Positions 60,801-64,000 of a stretch of 64,000 nt of DNA are shown here, piece after piece (within the stretch, counting starts at the first letter, position 1; every line of letters starts with the position of its first letter). The position numbers were made by a program, and so were the translations under genes. Under the pieces are notes generated by a model. The model did no database searches. It was not told where the DNA came from and saw only the letters and a list, made by a program, of their open reading frames with translations. The stretch comes from Mizuhopecten yessoensis. Lineage: Eukaryota. Where the stretch lies: positions 1,153,930 through 1,217,929 of the forward strand of contig NW_018480077.1 in the NCBI RefSeq assembly GCF_002113885.1. Reading direction: 5' to 3'.

Positions 60801-61399
60801 CTGGCATTGCAGCGTGTAATCAATAATTGCATCTCTTTTTTCCTGCAATTTCGTTATGTTGTTTACAATTGTACAGTTTCCTGATGAAAGTTAAGTACAG
60901 ATTGTATATGTTAAGGCCAATGCATTATACTACTGAAAAATGAATCTTTTCGCTTTTTAACTACCCAAATTTATCACAGTTGGGAAATGTTTGCGTTTTA
61001 AAGGTTGGTACATATTTTACACATATATATACATATATAAACATAAAAGCGAAATTAAGGAACACTGCCACGGGGGAAAACCCACTTTCAAAGAATGCAC
61101 GTTTAGTATATTAATATGCATATCTGCTTCTATTGTATGTGTCTTATATGGCTAAACATTATACCATTCAAGGTGGTTGTATTAATTCATTCATTCACTA
61201 AATATCAGCATTTTGAAATGTATATTAAAAATAGCAATTTGCACATATAGTACAGGAAACGATTACCATTCCTTATCGCATATTTTTGCATGAATTGCCC
61301 TCATTACAATGTTTATATTTTCTTGAATTTTACCCGCGGTGTGTCAAGGCCAGTATCAGAATAATGAGAACGGAAGGGGTATTCTCCCATCAAGATTAT

Positions 61400-63436
61400 G
61401 ACATTTCGAGGAGATGACACTCGGAAGTGGCTCTAGAGAAGCCATTATAAGTGGTTACCGTCGTCACATGACCTTTACCTGTTACAATGAGATAGGATCG
61501 AGACATGTGGACATGCTGATAGAAGTTGGTACATAGACTACCATTGTTACGTGAGTATTCCTATATTTCTAAAATTTGTCTTTACTAATCGATATTATAA
61601 GTTGCTGACAAATTAAATGTATTGACTTTTGTATGAATTTGAATGCTTTGTATTTTTGTTCAGAGTTTAATTAGGAAGACAACACCGGAAAGAAACAGTC
61701 AGAAGGAGAGAAGAGACAAGTTAAAGAAAAGGATTTGAATGTGCATGTGTCTTAAACCGTGGACAAACATAGTACATGTATATTGTGGGATAGTTTTGTA
61801 TTTGTAATTTTTGTTAAGCGATATTTCTGTGTTTTGGGACGTTAGAACACATTTTGTTTTCCTGCATGGTCCAATGTGAGCCTGTTTCTGAGGTTGCTGA
61901 ATCGGATTCGCTCTCTGTGATCTCGGCTTTGGGTTGATATCGATGGAAGATTAGTCCCAAACTGCATATCATGAGAACCTTACGTCCCCTCTCCACCCAT
62001 TTTCTACTACTTACATGTTTATAATTTCCTTGTCTATGTTAGCACACTTTGTTTATCTTTTATGTGTCTCTAAATGATGATATGATATTAGAGCGTTAAG
62101 ATTTAGCGATTATACTATATGATAACTTATCTTTTATATCTAGGTTGATTTCAGTATTTTAAATTGAAAGTGGCAATATGTTTATGTTTAAAATTTTATG
62201 TATTTGACTATCATAATGTATCATCCGTACTATAATCAGTTGATAAACAGTGCTATAAACGATACATTTGGGTAAAGCGGGATTATCTGTTGAACCGTAT
62301 ATTAGATATAAATAGAAACAGTGAATTAAATATAAATGTACAGTTTAAAAACAAACTGATGCATAGGACAAATGTCGTTGTTGTCTAGCAAACTTAATTA
62401 TTACTGTGAACTTTACTGGGGCCAGGCTTTAGGTGACTTTTCGTGAGTGTCCAGATATAGTCTGTTTTTATCTTACCTGGATTAAATCACTGGGGATACG
62501 GCTATGTTAGACACAAATGCATATACACGTAAATAATGCTTAGCTTGCGTGGGAGAGAATTCCAAGGTAAAAGTACACAGATCTTTACCATAACGATATA
62601 GGATGAATTATAGCTTCTCTTTCATGTAAATATATTAAACAGCGATCAATTTGGAGAAATGTAGGCGTATATAAATAGTTCATGGTATGCTAGCGTTTGT
62701 ATATAAACCATGGCAGGATCTGTTCGGCATTTAAAAATGTATATAAAAACTGAATTCAATTACTTTACTATAATATTTCATTGTGGTGATATTTCCTGAT
62801 TCAATTACATTTTATATAATTGACATGACCGTAATAGTTTTACGATATATAGATTTAGTTCTTAAAGGTATAGAAAATAATCCCTGTAACTGTATACGAC
62901 GTGTACTTGACGATCCTATATAAACAAATGGATTTCGATTGTTTACAGATTCATAAAGGTTCAGCCAATAATCCCATACACTTCACAGAAATACATAGCC
63001 GGTGGGTATTAACTGTCGAAGGTCTCAAGTGAGCAAACGTCACCATATCCAACCATCTGGTGAAGCGGTTACATCGATCGAGGACCTCACGCCAGTGCTT
63101 GTAGCGTGTACAGTCTGGTTGATGAAGCTGGATGTATTCGTTGAAGCGCGGGACTTTTCTAGCGAGAGCGGGAGAGCATAAGACCGTCAAATAGGGAAGT
63201 ACACGCCCATTAATTGAATGTTGAAACAGGTAGCGGGGATCAATTTATCGTCAATTAAGACCATTTATCGGGTTTGTATTCCTATGTCGTTGACTGTTCA
63301 TCAAATTGTTGAGTTTGTCAGAAATTGATTCTTGGGAGCAGTCGTCTGTCTATTTCAAGAACTCTTGGAATTAATCGACTTCCTAACACCAGGATCTTGC
63401 AGACGGTCTACAAGGACTTGGCAACACATACTGAAG
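61400..63436 (+). other. Possible promoter and non-coding 5' exons of a downstream gene or lncRNA
   Basis: CGGAAGT at 61422, GTCACATGAC at 61463, donor AC|GTGAGT at 61551, acceptors before 61664 and 62949, donor AAG|GTATGT at 63437. The 62949-63436 segment is richer in CpG and has no long plus-strand ORF. Confidence 0.3.
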
Positions 63437-64000
63437 GTATGTAGAGGAGTTATATATTCATCGAAATATCAAGTTCAGTGATGACACTACTTAGAAGTAA
63501 TAGCTTGTTGTTGACGGTACTGTGTAAGATAACCAGACTAGTGTATAGTGAAATGCACTGATAGAAATGTTAATGCTATCAATCGATGTTGAACATATAT
63601 GAAATATATGAATATGTTACCGGATTACACACAGGTGCTATTGTACTTATTTGATAAAAATGTCATACTGGAGAAATAATTAGGATGTTAAATTCCTGGT
63701 ACAAGTTTTTGCTACGTTTCACTGGTATAAACAAGTGGAAATTTATATGTGAACTTCATGATCTAGAAGTAGGTAGTTGTCCTTACGTTTACATATGTCA
63801 CAAATGAAGACTATGTTTAATATTGAATGAAAAGTATCTGTCATGTCGTTATAAATCAAAGTGACAAATGATACACTTTTACTACTAACACGTGTATAAA
63901 TGGTCTTCACGTAAGGATCTCCGTGTCATTGCCCAAAGCTGTACCTTTTGCATTTCAGTCATGTCTATAGCTTTGATAAATCATTTCTGAAAAGAAAAAT

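Noticed and set aside
62951-63190. 79-aa minus-strand ORF in a CpG-richer segment
   Set aside because: No recognisable homology or convincing minus-strand splice sites; a BLASTX search would settle it.

Overview
AT-rich, intron-rich animal genomic DNA, most consistent with a bivalve mollusc (inferred from the B-box/NHL gene type and the V-SINE, HINE-like and MITE repeats). Four protein-coding genes can be supported. (1) A RING-less B-box/coiled-coil/NHL beta-propeller TRIM-like gene with an uninterrupted CDS (4136-5629, +). (2) A tandem paralogue encoding only the propeller (7594-8460, +). (3) A 7-exon Morgue orthologue (zinc finger + F-box + E2 variant with catalytic Cys replaced by Gly; 17957-13235, -, 387 aa). 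(4) Head-to-head with it across a very short shared promoter, a 25-coding-exon Integrator subunit 8 gene (INTS8; 19809-51857, +, 1018 aa). INTS8 has a U12-type minor intron, a candidate frame-preserving microexon and a triplicated exon end with extra 5' splice sites. Introns and intergenic DNA hold several minisatellites, MITEs, a V-SINE and a 3.4-kb 29-bp satellite. The last ~2.6 kb may contain non-coding 5' exons of a further gene. All gene models were built by hand from splice signals and frame continuity; no database searches were run.
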